From positions 62,001 to 126,000 of the forward strand of contig CDROCS010000090.1 of assembly GCA_977020255.1 (NCBI GenBank): a DNA stretch of 64,000 nucleotides, read 5' to 3'. The notes beneath the pieces are model-generated. The model was given only the letters and a program-made list of their open reading frames with translations. It was not told where the DNA came from and did no database searches. This DNA is from Obrimoposthia wandeli. Taxonomy: Eukaryota. Below are positions 37,801 to 52,800 of this stretch, piece by piece. The position numbers and the translations under genes are program-made. Position 1 is the first letter of the stretch. Every line of letters begins with the position of its first letter.

Positions 37801-40800
37801 AGTCAATCAATTTGCACAACAGCCGAGGCAGTGTCGCTGCCTCAACTGAGATTCTGCCTATCTTAGCGGCCAATGAGTCTACAAGTGAGTTCTGATTTGA
37901 TGACACGGTCATAGTACATTTACATTTCCCAATTAATGATGCCACTCAACTTGTTTGGGCAAAATTAGGGAAATGGCTTTACCATCTACCGAGACAATAT
38001 TTGAGCAAACTTATTATGAAACAAAGATTACAAAATACACAAAAAATTGAATACAACTTAAATGTATGAGAATAGATTACAAACGAAATGTTTGACAAGA
38101 CTTACAACTATAATATTATTTCAACAAACCATAACGATCATGAATATCGGTGTTAGAGTATCTCTGTATGGGTTGAACATTCTATGATCACATGTTTCCA
38201 CATGTTTTCTGCAGCTGCTCCACAATCTGTCTCCAAGGAAGGCGATTCTCAACACAGATCACATTCCGATGCCTCCTCAAGCGCTTCCTCTATGGTTATC
38301 AGAGAACCAGAAGCCACTCAGAATCAGACAAATCTTTTATCTGGATTTAGCAGAGACCCAGGTAGACACATAACTATGTACATCCACCCACCCCTTCATT
38401 CAACCCATCATACATCCATCAATCCATTCACCAATACGCCCATCAAATCATCAAGTCATCCAGGCATCCAACCATTCATCCATCCTTCCATACATACATA
38501 TAAAGGACCAATTATAGTGAATTCACAAACTTATTTGTTATTGTTTGTTTATGCTTTAAGTCAGTTAGTTTGAATATTTAACTGGTAAATTAGACCGACA
38601 GATTAAATTAAATAATATACTATTGATTATTATAATTCGTAGTCAGAGTATAATTACAATTAACCATTTTAAATAGCTATTTTTACTGTTAGACGTGAGG
38701 CCTGTAGATCTCTGCATAACAACAGTCCATATTTCTGTAAATTGACTTCATGTTTCGAAAGAGCCTCTTTAAGCTTGAATTGATTATTGATATTTTTGTT
38801 ATTATTTGGATTTTTAATTTATTTTTAGATCCGATTATTTTTCAGCGCAGCTGCTAATTTTTATTGATACTTGTTCAATATTTATAAATTGCATGAACAA
38901 CACATAAGTATGTTATTAGTTATGATTCCCATTGTACAATGCCATATCGGGGCACACAAATGGGGACATATTTTTTCCAATAAAAGTAATTTGCACCACA
39001 ATTTTATGTTTAACTAAATGTGAGCCACTGATTTTCAACTTTAAGATACCATAAGCCCAAACTGAAAGAGAAAAGCAAAAAATAGGGTCGTCCTACACCA
39101 CATCACACATATGGTACAATCCATACTCTTGGAGCCCTGTCCGTTTGCGGTAACTCATCTACTCTAGCGAGTGTCCCATACGAAATGCCCGGAAATTAAT
39201 GACCCCATATTCTCTTACTCCTCCTTTCCGTAGATTGTTCTTCTCCTTCCTTGTCACTGGTTTTCTTTCTAGTCGCGCTACAGCGACGTCATCCACTTAT
39301 TCTCTATCACACCGCAGTGAATCGGAGTCCGACCCAACACAACTGCACTACTCCCAATGCTTAGCTGTTCCACTGTTGTTGATATTGTCGCCTTGGTCTT
39401 AAGCTTCATAGAGTTCCATCCCTCTTGTTAATAAAAGAGTTGGAATTTTCACAGATACTGCAGGGAGTAAAGAGCATCATTTCCAAATTAGATTAGGAGA
39501 TACTTCTCAATCTTGTTATTTCTAATTTGCCCTTCAATCTATTTCTACAGTTGTTCTGGAGGTCGCAAACGACTCGGCTTCTTTCTCATCTGGAAGCTCT
39601 ATGGTGGTCAAGGAAACGGCTAGCAACGAGAATGTCATGGAGATGGCAGTTGAGCAAGCGGCAATTGAAGAAGGTGGGCGTTTACGAGCAGTATCTTCCA
39701 CATTTGCCATTTAAATGTCATCAGGAAATTCCCACTGACCAACTTTTTAATTTTGTACATTTTAACTAGAGCAGAAACAATTTGCATTTTCTAAACAGAT
39801 ATACATAAAGCAAAAAAAGCAGAATGTATAATCTCTTTTTCATTTGAACAGTGAAGTTACAAGATCACCAGCATAAACGTTTGCCTGCCACTTTACTGTT
39901 GTGGCTGTATAAAATTTTACTGATTTAAGACTAAACATTTTTCCCTTGCAGAATCGGAAGGCGAATCTCCTTCATTCTCCAGATCCACTCCTTCATTTGT
40001 TGTGGAATTGAATGCTGTGAAGGAGGCAAAACCAAGTAAGTTGAGTCATGTTGCTTCTTCTGAGCAAGGTCCTAAATTGGCGTTATTTTAGTAGACCCAC
40101 GCCAACAGTTTACACTATTAATTATTCACTATGTAGTCATTATTGAGTTGTTCAAATTCGTATAATTCATATTGAAAACATTGAAGGATTTTCTAAATAA
40201 ACCGGCCAACATTTTGTATAAATCTTTAAATTGGTATTATGTAAAATAAAATATGAAATATGTGAAGTCGAAACTTAATATCTGCTTAATTTTAAAAAAA
40301 TGGCATCATTAGTAACTGTTGTTCTCGTTAATAAATAAAATGTGTCAAAATTTTATTTTAGTGATGTATTAAAATTTTGTGTGCGTCAGCAACAACACAT
40401 TTTTGGTACAGTTAATTTTTGATCGATGAAACATTGACAATTTTACATTCATAAAACATTTGTAGAAGTAGATCAATGTAACAATTTAATAATAATCTTT
40501 CAAAAGATGCTTGTAAGAAACCATGTATTTCTCTATCTTTGCATTGCCAGATAGCATTTTATCACAATTCAACATAGAGAGTACTTTAAAACAAACATAG
40601 TTTATAATATTTTAAGTTGCAATTTCTGTTTATTTATAAAAAAAACGAATTAAAACGAGAATAAAAAATTAGCTAATTATTGCAGATATTTTTTAGTAAT
40701 TTTATGTAATTCTAAACATATTGAAAATTAGCCAAATATCAATCGTGCAAGAAATTATTAAAATTCGAGTTATAAAGTATTTTCGATTTAAAATTGGAAT

Positions 40801-43800
40801 TATTTTCTGACAATTTTCAGTACTAAATACTGAACTAATTTTTCCCAGAATCGCCATCTACGGAGCATGACGAAGAACCGTGGGAGCCTGCCCAGAATAA
40901 GCGAGTCTCCGAGGTGAAAAGCAGTAAGTGCCATTTATGATATAGTCTATGACAACTGTGATCGCCAATCTTCAAATTCAGCAAGCAGCAGCGGCAGTAG
41001 CAGTGACTCTTCCAGTAGCTCCAGTAAGGCGCCGGCCTCCAAGAAAGCAGACAGCTCAGCCTCCAGCAAAATACCAGGTTCATATTTGTTTGCATAACAC
41101 CCAATTTGTTGTGAAACAGAATTCTTAGTGAATTCTTGATTCTGGCGACTGGTTACGTATTGACTTTACGAGACAATGATTCCCCTCCCTCTTTTATCAA
41201 AACAAACACTCGTTGGGATTTTTTGTCATCATTACCTATCTCTGAGAGATACGGAGTTATATCGGGGCTTACTATAATTTTGAGCCAACTTCAAGTTGAT
41301 GTAGATTCTGTTTTCTTTCTCTTCTGATTTCGGCCCCTCTGAAAGCTATACTAAACTATAAGGTCATTAATAAAATATCAGATAACCGTGAAATTAATGC
41401 AAACCAGAAATTTAAAAAATAATGGTCTTTCTTAAACGTAAAAGAACAATATTTACCCATCAAAGTTATTGAAATTAATTTTGACCTGATTCCGATGTAA
41501 TATTTAATAAAGTATTTGATTATGTAAAAATTCAAATTGATCCATTATTGACGGTAATCGGTATTAGATTTTCATAGATATTTTACTGTAGTAGGAATTC
41601 CCTGTTGTAGTTGCCGAGCGTTTTTTCAGACTAATTCCTGAAGATATGTCGTTTATTCTATTTAACTGAATTTTGATAAATTCATTTATGTAGCTCAGTA
41701 CAAAGATTAATGTCTCGAATTCCCCTCAGAGCCTGCCAAAGGTCGACCCAAGTCGCATGACTCTACAACGGATGCCACATCAGATTCATCCTCCTCGTCA
41801 TCCTCCTCGTCTTCCTCGTCTTCAGGATCCCACAAGATACCGAGTGCGTACTTGATGTGTAGAAGTTGACAACCTCGAACGGCATTATAGTTTGATTTTC
41901 CTCATATTTTTGTGTCAATCTTTTTCAAAATTTCATTTCAATTTTATACATTTGCACTGTAAATCGAATGGTCCATTGATAAAGATTGGACTGCGTCATT
42001 TAAAGAGAAAAGTTGTTTCTGTTGTCATGAAAGATTGGTGTTACTTCACTCTGTAAAGGGATTCGATGCCAGAAAACTGAAGAATCAATGCAGTGGAAAT
42101 AAAGAACTACTTCCTCGTGTATTGGTGTGGTGTGCAATCAGATGTCATGGTATCAGTGAGTCTTTCATGCAAGAGTGGTACAGGCGATCTCGTTGTTTAC
42201 CAAATTATTCACATAGTTGTTAATCTCGCTGGGTTTACAGAGTGTCAGATGGGAAAATAGGGACAATATTGGGCACATATTTGCTCTGATAGCTGTAGTA
42301 GATTGAAAAGTATTTAATATGCTCATACATGATCACGATCAACAGCTCGCATGGAAATAGAGCAAATTAAATATTGCGTGTGCAGATGAGATGAATATTG
42401 TTCGACTGCCGAGTTCAGAGATCAGTAGGAACCTTGTACCAATAAAAATGCATTATACTGAAATGAACCTTGCTAACATCATCATGGGTCGTAGGTCTAA
42501 ATATACTGCTTATTTGTACTAAATTGTGTGCAAAAGAGACCAAAGTTACGCTGGGTCTCCAATAAACGGCGGGTCTAGAAAAGTATTAATTTATCACATA
42601 TGAGACTTAACCAAACAATATCTTCGAAAAGTGAATATTGTATCAGTTTTGAAACTCGGGGCTTGTACTGGGAAAATACTGGCTCCTAATGCTTCATGGA
42701 ATTAAAGTTTGAAGTCGAAAGTTTCTAACTGTTATGGGAACCTGATGATCAATGGTGAACAGAAATTGGCTGAGAGTGGAAATCTGAGACCTTCGTCTTT
42801 TAATAATGTTCTAAATTGAGTTCGTGGAGCATGGAGGGCTATTCCGATTCGATAAATTCAAGCATCGATGAAACCATGTCACAAACACACTGACTGGTTC
42901 GGAAGATCGTTTGTTTGAATTGAAATCTGCCTACCAAAGATCTCAGGGACAAAATGGCAATTTTATCAACAAAGCGCTTCAATTGGCAGAAACTGGAACA
43001 TTTTGAATCAGATAATGACAATTTGGTCGTGATTCATGATGATGGTGATGAAAATTGAATAAAACACATTGTGGAATATTGCCTTTCATATGACTTTTAT
43101 TTTTTGTTGTTGTAGTTATTATCAGTGTTTGCGCATACTCTGTTTAAAATGGTTATTGTTTTTTAATATTCATTTGAGGTTTGAGAATAATTCGAAAATA
43201 CAGGCTTTCACTAAAAATCCCGATTTAGGAGCAAGTGTAAGCTCAAACTGAAAGACTGTTAATGTTGCTCATTTGCAGGACCAAAGCCGACCACACCAAC
43301 AGTGGAGCGTTCAGAGAAATTTGAGGAATCTACAAATAAGTCCCATTCACTCAAGCGCAAACAGAAAAGTGACAGTTTATCTGATAATTACATTTACCAC
43401 TGATTTCTAGGTCGATCCAGCAGTTCTTCTTCTTCATCTTCAACTTCTTCTCAGCCTTCAAAGATGAGCTCGAAAATTAATTCTGGTAAAGTTGAAGATA
43501 GATGAGTTTTGAAATTTCTAATTTAGACTCGAAGGAAAATGGGAAATCTGTAGATGGAAGCGCGAAATTAGAGCCAGAAACACATAAAGTGTCACCTTTA
43601 GCCCGACATAAAAGTGAGATTAAATGTTTCACAAGTGTTACTAAAGATTTCTAGGTCGATCTAGCAGTGCTTCTTCAACGTCTTCATCATCATCGTCATC
43701 GTCTTCGCACTCTTCAAACTCAAATCGGAAAAGTAAATATAATTCGAGTTATTAAATTTAATATCCTAACATTTGCACTAAGGCTTTTGCATCATGATGA

Positions 43801-46800
43801 ATTTTGGTGAAAAACATTCGGTTATCAATTACCTCAAGATTTATATTGCCTATTTCAGTAATCTACCAAAGTAGCTCCACAATTCGGTCTTTTAAAGAAA
43901 ACTTAGTGATATACTTGGAAGCATTCTGTTTATTAGATTTCTACGTTATTACACTATTAAAGGATCTAAATTGTTAAATATTTAATAGGTAATTCTTGAC
44001 AGTTACATAACCTCTGTCATTTTTAAAGGTTTGTACATTTTCTCTGCTTTTCTAAACACCAAAGTGACTTCATTAAGCTGATTTATTTTCGTTTTAAAAC
44101 TGTTTCCAAATTCATTAATACGAATGAAACTTTAGTGACATAATATTTTAACAGAATTATTACATATACAACGTTCAATAATTTGATTTATTCACATTTA
44201 TTTTAATGTTTTAGGAGAGCTAATAGTTTAATATTATTCCTGGCAATTACTTTTGAGAATGTTTTGTAAATTTGAAGATTTCTGATTTTCACTTTGAAAA
44301 CTTCGATACTGTAAATCATGAAAGATTAACAAAAAATTTGAAATCAATGAAAAGGAGCTGAATTGGTTAACAAATTTATTTACTTTTGAATACCTTGAAT
44401 AGGGTTTGGATTCATGATCCAACCTTTTTTCGAATTATACTTCGCCAATCGTTGTGATTATATACAACGTTCAATAATTTGATTTATTCACATTTATTTT
44501 AATGTTTTAGGAGAGCTAATAGTTTAATATTATTCCTGGCAATTACTTTTGAGAATGTTTTGTAAATTTGAAGATTTCTGATTTTCACTTTGAAAACTTC
44601 GATACTGTAAATCATGAAAGATTAACAAAAAATTTGAAATCAATGAAAAGGAGCTGAATTGGTTAACAAATTTATTTACTTTTGAATACCTTGAATAGGG
44701 TTTGGATTCATGATCCAACCTTTTTTCGAATTATACTTCGCCAATCGTTGTGATTAATAAGAGATATAATATTTATTTCCACCTTTATGCTGATGACACG
44801 CAACTTTTTCAGAAATGTAAAATCGTATTAATGAAATAGTTTTATCGATGAAATCAAGACTAAAAAAGATGGATGAAAATAAAATTGAGGCTGTATTATT
44901 TAGATCTAAGAATGATATAAACAGTATAAAAATAGTTTCATACAAGTCGGTGAAAATATTATTAATTTATAAAGTAAAATAAAGAACATTGGTTGCGTCC
45001 TTGATGAAAATATTACAATCCATTGTCCAATTAATATAGGATATAACGTACAACAGTCATATCAAAAATATTTATCTAATAAGAAAATAAGTTAACTACA
45101 ATGCAACATTAAGACTTGCTTTTCAAAATTCATTACTGTTTAACATTTCAGCTTATCAATTAAATCTCTTAAAACCTTAAACAAAGCCATCAGAATTATA
45201 TTCAAATTAATGAAAACTGCAAGTACAAGGGAACATTTAATGAAGCTCCATTGGTTGCTGATCAATTCCATAATTTAATTTAAAATCCTACTTATGATGA
45301 AAAAATGTAAATAAAAAATAACAAACAGTAATGAAATATTAGAAAATTATGTTCCAAATCTTTACAACAAATTTAAAAACATAAGAAACTGTAACAATTT
45401 TGAAAAAATCAAGAAACATTTGAAGACTTTGCCGTTCAGTAAATACTACGAAGAATAATATAAATTCCGCAATCGCTTTTGAGTAAAAAATCAAAGATTC
45501 ATCAGATTTTAGCGTTATATGAATTTATTATTTTTATTAAAACTTAACTTTCCTTATGACATTGAATACTATTTTCCGATATTTTTTAAATTCTACTGTT
45601 CCATGATCTGCAAATGGATAAAAAGATTTAGCACAATTTTATGTTAATTATGTTGATAAGTAATACAATATAATTTATCATTCTTATAAATCCATTATTC
45701 TCTGAACAGCTGCTGCAGTCAAAGACAGTGTACAGTTGGATCAGACCAAAACATGCACAGATAGTGCTGCTTCTACGCCGACTCTACCCAGAAAGCACTA
45801 TACTCAACCCAAGACGCCATCTAGATCTTCATCTAGTTCTTCATCCAGTTCCTCTTCAAGTTCGTCAGGAAAGAAGACTGCCACGAAGAGTAAATTATGA
45901 TAATTAAATATCAAAACTATCTACTTATAATTGACGATAGTAAATACTTACATCCTGAGAAATTAAGACTTATTATGTTTGAATGAGTTGCCTGTAGAAC
46001 ATGTCAAATAATCCATGAACTCATCGCCGAAGTTACCAGCAATACGTTGAAAGTTATACAAAGAGTGTATTCAAGAAATTATGGGAAAAGTTAAATGCCT
46101 GCTAAGAAAGACGAAGGACTAAGTTCCAATCTCTTGTTTTCATTGAATAATTTGTTAATATATATATATTGTTTATTGCCCTTGATATTAAAATAAAAAA
46201 GTATTACTGTAAATTTTTAATGATCAATCAATAGACAGGAAATAAATCCGAATTGGGTAAATATGTCAGTATAGACGAAATATCAGATTAGACAAAATTG
46301 ACTGAAACTGTTCGATTCTTTCCAGTTGACGGAAATTAATAAATCTTTATAATGTACATATTAAGTATGACAGTATTAACAATTATTTACTTTAGCTTCT
46401 CAATATCCAAGTCTGGATCACCGGGAGAAGTTTGTGGACTCTTCCAAGAAGACGGCCTCGCTACCAAAATTATCTCGAGGTGAGATTATGCTCGAGTTTC
46501 ATTGATTGTCGTACTTAGGAGGTCGCAGTAACTCCAACTCCAGTTGGTCCGCGTCTGACTCTGATGCTGCTGCCGCCGTCAAGGAAGACAAGATGGAGAA
46601 AGGCGGTGAGTTGATTTTGTTTAGATTGTTTGCAAATAATCGCAGAAATATATATAACAGCGTTTCAATGTTTTTCTCACTACTTGCAAGTTTACATTCT
46701 ACTACTGACCTATCGCGGCAGGTAATCTCTCTCGACGATCCCAATAAGAATTATTGAATGGAAATTGTGCTTTTATAAATTGTAAATAACTAAATTTTGT

Positions 46801-49800
46801 CAAAAAAATTTCGCAACCGTAACATAACAAAAGCAGCTATAAACAACTGTTAGACTTAGAATCTACCGGCTATTATCGTTCAGTATATTGTAAAATAATC
46901 TGATATTCATAAATATTTCTAATGTATAAATTACTACTTTTATTTATAAGTAATACATATTTGTATTGCTTGTTTAACTTTTCAATACTTTAAATAAATT
47001 ACAAATCTGTTACACAAAATAAAAGGTTAATTGAATAAATTCTATTTGTTTACGTCAAACATTGTTGAAAAGCTCTTCTTGAAAATTGCTTTTTGCAACA
47101 ACAAAATTATAATAATTTCTGAAAACTATTTTTCTTTAAATTGAAATCTATTTGAATAAATTTGAAGATTTTTGTTAATTTACCGGCCAATACCCAAATT
47201 TCACCTAGTTTTATTTTTAGTATTCAGAAGGTATCAGAAATTCAAAAATGCAATTTTATTTGCCTGTTGAAACTTTGTTTATTTAAACAGCTGTGAACAA
47301 TTCTTAAATATTCAGAACAAATGCTGAAACCATTCTTTTTCTCAATTTGTTTGAATTTTTTTCCGCTTTATTAGTGTTAGGAACTACACAATTTAACATT
47401 ACTTCAAAAAAATTAAGTCCATACTAAAATTATAAAAAAAATATTTCCCAGATAAATAAAATTGGTCGAGAAGATCCAATTGTCAGAAAATTCCAGATGA
47501 GAATACATGAGTAAATATTACAGTTTTAAACATTTTAACTCATCGTTTCATTTATATTTACTCAAATATTTATACCAAATATAACGGCATCAAAATAAAA
47601 TCATTCATACTACAGTTTCTTTTTAATAAACTATGTAGGGTTTGGACTTATTATTCCAATTAATTTCTTTTATATTTTGCATAAGCCATATTCAGATCTA
47701 ATTCTGAGTAATTCTGACATGGTATATTCAAAAATAATATCCTATTGATCAATCAGGTTTAGTTTCTGCATAATATTTTTCATTGTATCATATTGTAATT
47801 AGAGCATTTTGAACATTTTGATTAAGGAAGATTTCAGGTTACCATGCTAAAGCAATGCTAGTACAAGTGCTAACACACATAAAAGTGTTAATACGAGTGA
47901 ACATTTAATGAAGCTTCATTTACTTTCGATCAATACCAAATTTAATTAACGATCTTACATAATATCAACAACAAAAATTATTTTCTCACAAAATCGAAAA
48001 CATATATATATGATCTTATTGGACCTCGTGCAGTGAGTAACGATGATAACTGCAGATTGGCTTAAAAATGATCAATAACAAACACGCTCCGAATCTTTAC
48101 AACAATCAATTGATAAATACAGAAACTGCAACTTGTTGGTTGTAAATATGTATTTGAATGAATATTTAATAATTTGATGATCCAAGTCGACTGATCGTAG
48201 TTGTGAGTCTGTCTGATTGATCTGATTCGTCTTGCTGTCCAGCTGCTGCTCCCGCAAGTTTATCAGGCTCAGAGAAGATGGAGATAACGGCCAGACCTCT
48301 GCAAGCCGAGCAGCCGTCTTCAAGGTTGTCACAAAGTATGTTTTATGTATATTGGAAACTGGACTTCATCGTCAATGCAGTCTCCCGATCTAGCCAAGTC
48401 AGTAGCACGTCTTCTGCGGCTTTGAAACCACTGAAACAAACAACAGACCCCAGTGAGAGACAGTATTTCTTGTTGTGCTGCACATCCGACCAAACTGTAT
48501 TCTGACCTTTGCTAAATCTCGGTGTTTATTGATTAAGACAGTGAAACTTGTTTGATTGAACACCTGTCTACAAAGTTCAATATTTTAGCTAGAAAAAATT
48601 TCCTGTTAATTTGAAAATTGTAATTTTTTAAATCGATTTTAACTCTAGTTCCAGTTTTCTAAACTAGCTCATATTCATACGATTTACTATACCGATTTTG
48701 TTGAGACATCTTAAAATGAAGACTGGTGGTAGATTGGCTAGCCACGTACGCGCCGAGAAACGTGGAATTATACATCGGAAAATGCATGTTTTTAGCAAAA
48801 TTCCAATTTTTTAACATTTAAAAGCAGTTCAAATTAGAGAGCAATATTTTAAAAATAGATTCAAGTTACAGAACATGTTAAGGTTAAATCTATGGAAATT
48901 TTTAAAAGTGAAATTAAAGAGCTTAAATTGTATTGTACATTATATAGGCTCACATTTAAATCTGATATTATTTAATTCAATTAATTTATAAATTTACATG
49001 ATTTAATATCGTTTCTGAAATCATTTCGTCAAATTTATGCATGAGTAAAAAAAGTCCATTTACCTTTAAAAAGATTTCCTAAAACTGCTTCATTGACTTT
49101 TGCCATTTGTTGCAGAACAAGCCAAAAATCCTCACACCGATCGCCGAGAAAAGTTCTTAAGGTCTTCCAAAAAGTGCACTTCTATGCCAAGGTTACACAA
49201 AGGTGAGATTTTTCAACCATTACTTTTCACTGACTATTCAACAGAATCCAGTAGCTCTTCGTCGTCGAGCTCTTCGTCAGACAGCAGTGATGACTCCAAA
49301 TCTAAGAAAAAACAACCAAGTTAGTGCCAAAATTTCTTTAAAAGTTCATCCTGTTGTCAATCTCAATCAATAACAAAAGTGTACATAAACAATCAAAGAA
49401 TGATTTTGTATTTTGATTACAAAAATTAATTTTAATACACAGTAAAATGTTTTTAATTTGATTTTATATCTTAAAAATATATCACAATAATCTGAAAATG
49501 TTTTATATCAGAGACGGATACTGAACATTTTACTATAACAAAATGATATTACGGATATAACAGATACAGTATATGAAATATGGATGTCGAGAGAACCTTC
49601 ATTAATAACCAATGGTCAGTTAAACGACGTAGTGAGAGAGTGGAGATTTTAAATACATGGCTTTAGTTCACAACATTGGAATCTATTAGAAACCAATACA
49701 GCATTTCATGCTTCCGTACCAGACATACTGTTTCATAAAGACCATTTTGGATTAGTCTTTTGTAATTCCAAGATCACAAAACAAGTGTTTTCAGTTTTTA

Positions 49801-52800
49801 CAAAAACTTTCATTCTTCAGCTTCTTTTTATCCGCGTCTGGATCGTCAAGAGAAGTTCATGAAATCTTCCAAGAAGTCGGCCTCTTTACCGAAATTGTCT
49901 CGAGGTGAGATTGTGTGTGGGGTGAGCCTAGATGATGTTTTGGTTTAGGGAAACATGATGAATCCACCTCCAGTTGGTCAACATCTGACACCGACTCCAA
50001 GGTGAAAAAGGGTAAGTATTAGAGTGAATTTATTCTAAAGTATTATGTAATAAATATAAAATTGTAAATGCGTTAGTAACCTAGGCCGGGAATTAAATCA
50101 CGCGATTTACTTCTTGCAATTCGTGCATTCTATCGCGGTTCGTAATTTCTCCCAACTAATAATTTTTGAATTTGGATTATGCGCTCTCAATTTATAAGTA
50201 AATAATTTTTTTCAACAAAAAAACTCAGACATTTTACAAATCACAGAGCCCTTTAAATTGATACTTTCATGTTTTCTCTATTTAAGTGATAGCAGATACT
50301 AAAAGCCTGGCAACATCTACGTCGTAGCTTTCGAACAATATAATATTGTATAAATTTAATCAATTGATCTCTAATAATGTTTTTGGAAAGGTAATATTTT
50401 AAATTTATGTAAGAAAATTATTTTGAGAGTATTTTGTAAATATGAAGAAGATTTCTGAGTTTACTTTGATAGTTTCCCTTGATAGTTTTAAAGTTAACAA
50501 ATACACGTTAAAAATGCAAAAATTAATTAGCATACACTTCCATTGATTTTTCCCACATTCAGGAGCTTTAAAGAGTCCGGAGAAAATAAAAATCATTTCA
50601 AAGCAACAAGAAGCAAAATTGCCTCAAAGTGAGTATAATATCAGATTGTGCTTTACGGTGACGTGACTCTCTTCCTGCAGTTTCTAGATCAAGTACAATA
50701 ACAAATTCAGCAAAGTCCTCAAAATCTGGCTCTCCGAAGAATCAAGGTTAGTTTAGGTTTTGAACTCAATATTTAGTCTTAATTTATACGGTCAAATTTA
50801 TCCGTGTATTAAACTCATTTCAGTCGTGAGTCGTGTTGCTGACCAGTAGCATTGACGAGGGCTGCAATATACAGGATTGCACAAAAAGTTTAAAAAAATA
50901 TATTTGAAATATATGAAAATATTATATAATCAACAAACATAACTTACAGAAATTTTACTTTAAAAGAATTGTGTTAAATCGGGGCCAACTAATTTGTAGG
51001 AAACGAAATTTAATTTAATTTTATAGTTATTTTAAATAATTTTATAGTTAGATATGGATTCACTTAATATATCATCTGCTGTTGCCTCCAAAAATGTGAA
51101 ATCAAAATATCGCTGAACTTGACAATATTTTAAGCCAATATAAAAAATTTGTAAATAAGCTATTTAAATATTTTAAAATAATTAATTCCCTGATAATGCC
51201 TGTTGTACTAAAATATGATTTCGTGAAGAAAATTATTGTAAAATAGCTTGTGATAAAGTGTATTTTTTTTAAAATTGTTATTTTAAAATCCTTAAACAAA
51301 TTTAATACGAAACCTAGAGGGACATAATTGGTATGAACTGGCGATGTGGAACAATTTATTTGCAAAATATTTTAAATTTCGGTATAAAACTGACTTTCTA
51401 AAATTTATATAATTACTACGTAACAACGTCTTCGTCACCATCGCTTGCAACGCTATTGGCGTGGGGTCTACTTCTGTCAAATATTTTGATTTTATTATAT
51501 ATTTTGTCGCATCAAATCAATATTTTTAAAACTAAACTAAAAAAAATTAAATTTAAATATAATTTCTTAATGCTCAGACGCTCCGAAAAAAGCAGCTCTT
51601 GGCGCCCATGAATCCGACTCTTCGACAACATCAGCCAGTGCTGCTGACACCAAAAAGAGAGGTAATGCTGCATAGACTTCTCCACATAATCCAACGGGTC
51701 ATTTAAACCAATCAGTTGATCCCACCTCAATTATACCCATTGACTGTTTTCACTTTTAAATAGAACACATACTAAATTAATTTAAAACCTTTATTTTTAT
51801 TCAAAATATAATCCATTGTGTTCAATACTTTTCTGCCTACGCCTAGCTAATTTTAAAATACCTTCTTTATACCACCATAATAATAATATAATATTACTCA
51901 TTTATAGAGCTAGTATTCAAATCTGAATACATTTCCACTACATCAACAGTATGTTTTAAAGAAATAAACTGTGTTACAGATGGGACAAATATTTACCGTT
52001 TCTTTAACCCAAAAAATCTGTGAATCTTTCAGTTTTTAGATACCCTTTTCTGAGAGTTTATAAGAATCTATGTTAATGAAATGAAATTTTTAAAGGTTGG
52101 CATTTTGAATTAGATATTGGAATTTATCATTATTTTATCTATTTAAGATTGTCAGTAGATACCTTTTTCGAAATATTTTATTTACTAGGTATTGTAGGTA
52201 TAAATTTAATTATTATGTGTTGATTATTATTTGATCTTCATAAAATGAAGAGTTACTTCTTAATGGATGAAAAAGCTATTTAAATTTTATTTTATTTTCT
52301 TAATTAAACCGTTTCTTTCTTATCCTATCAGGCATATCTGGAACTGAAAGAAGTGAGATGGACCTTGAAGAACAAAGTCATAAATATCTGAAGAACATTA
52401 AAAAGAGTGAAGGTAAATTTGTTATCTCATATTACTTTACCGACATGGACAATTTAACGATTGCTGACAGATTTAAGGTCACACCTAATTTTTGAAAACT
52501 TTAATCAATCTTTAGCTTTTCATTTTTAACTTATTATTTATATAATATGTAATTACTGAATTACAAGTAGTATGTCAGTAACCGATTATGTAATGAATTT
52601 AAAAAGACTTTTTTAACGAATTTATTTAAATATCATTATTGGGATGTAGAAAAACAAATGTGATTGCTGATTCCTTTTCTCTCTTTTCCTTTATCTGTAG
52701 TCAAAAGCACTCTGATGTAGGTTATACTGACAAATACCTTTAGCCAGTTGAGGATAAGTATTATTTATATATACCCTTCTAAAAAGTGAGGGGTTGCTTT

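Noticed and set aside
37637-37945. 102-aa minus-strand ORF as a nested gene
   Set aside because: It is better explained as the antisense shadow of the + strand exon at 37792-37884, which has strong splice sites.
39150-39400. GC-richer block as a host exon or an LTR-element 3' end
   Set aside because: The phase-1 reading hits a stop, and the PPT-like AAAGGAGGAG on the minus strand is not followed by a TG LTR start. It is left unassigned.
22478-44800. Other CTGATGA occurrences (~22480, 28790, 29446, 42742, 44790) as further hammerheads
   Set aside because: None is followed by a stem II plus GAAA. Two are simply YADD codons of LINE RT.
48072-48332. 86-aa minus-strand ORF as a nested gene
   Set aside because: It is the antisense shadow of the + strand exon at 48243-48335.
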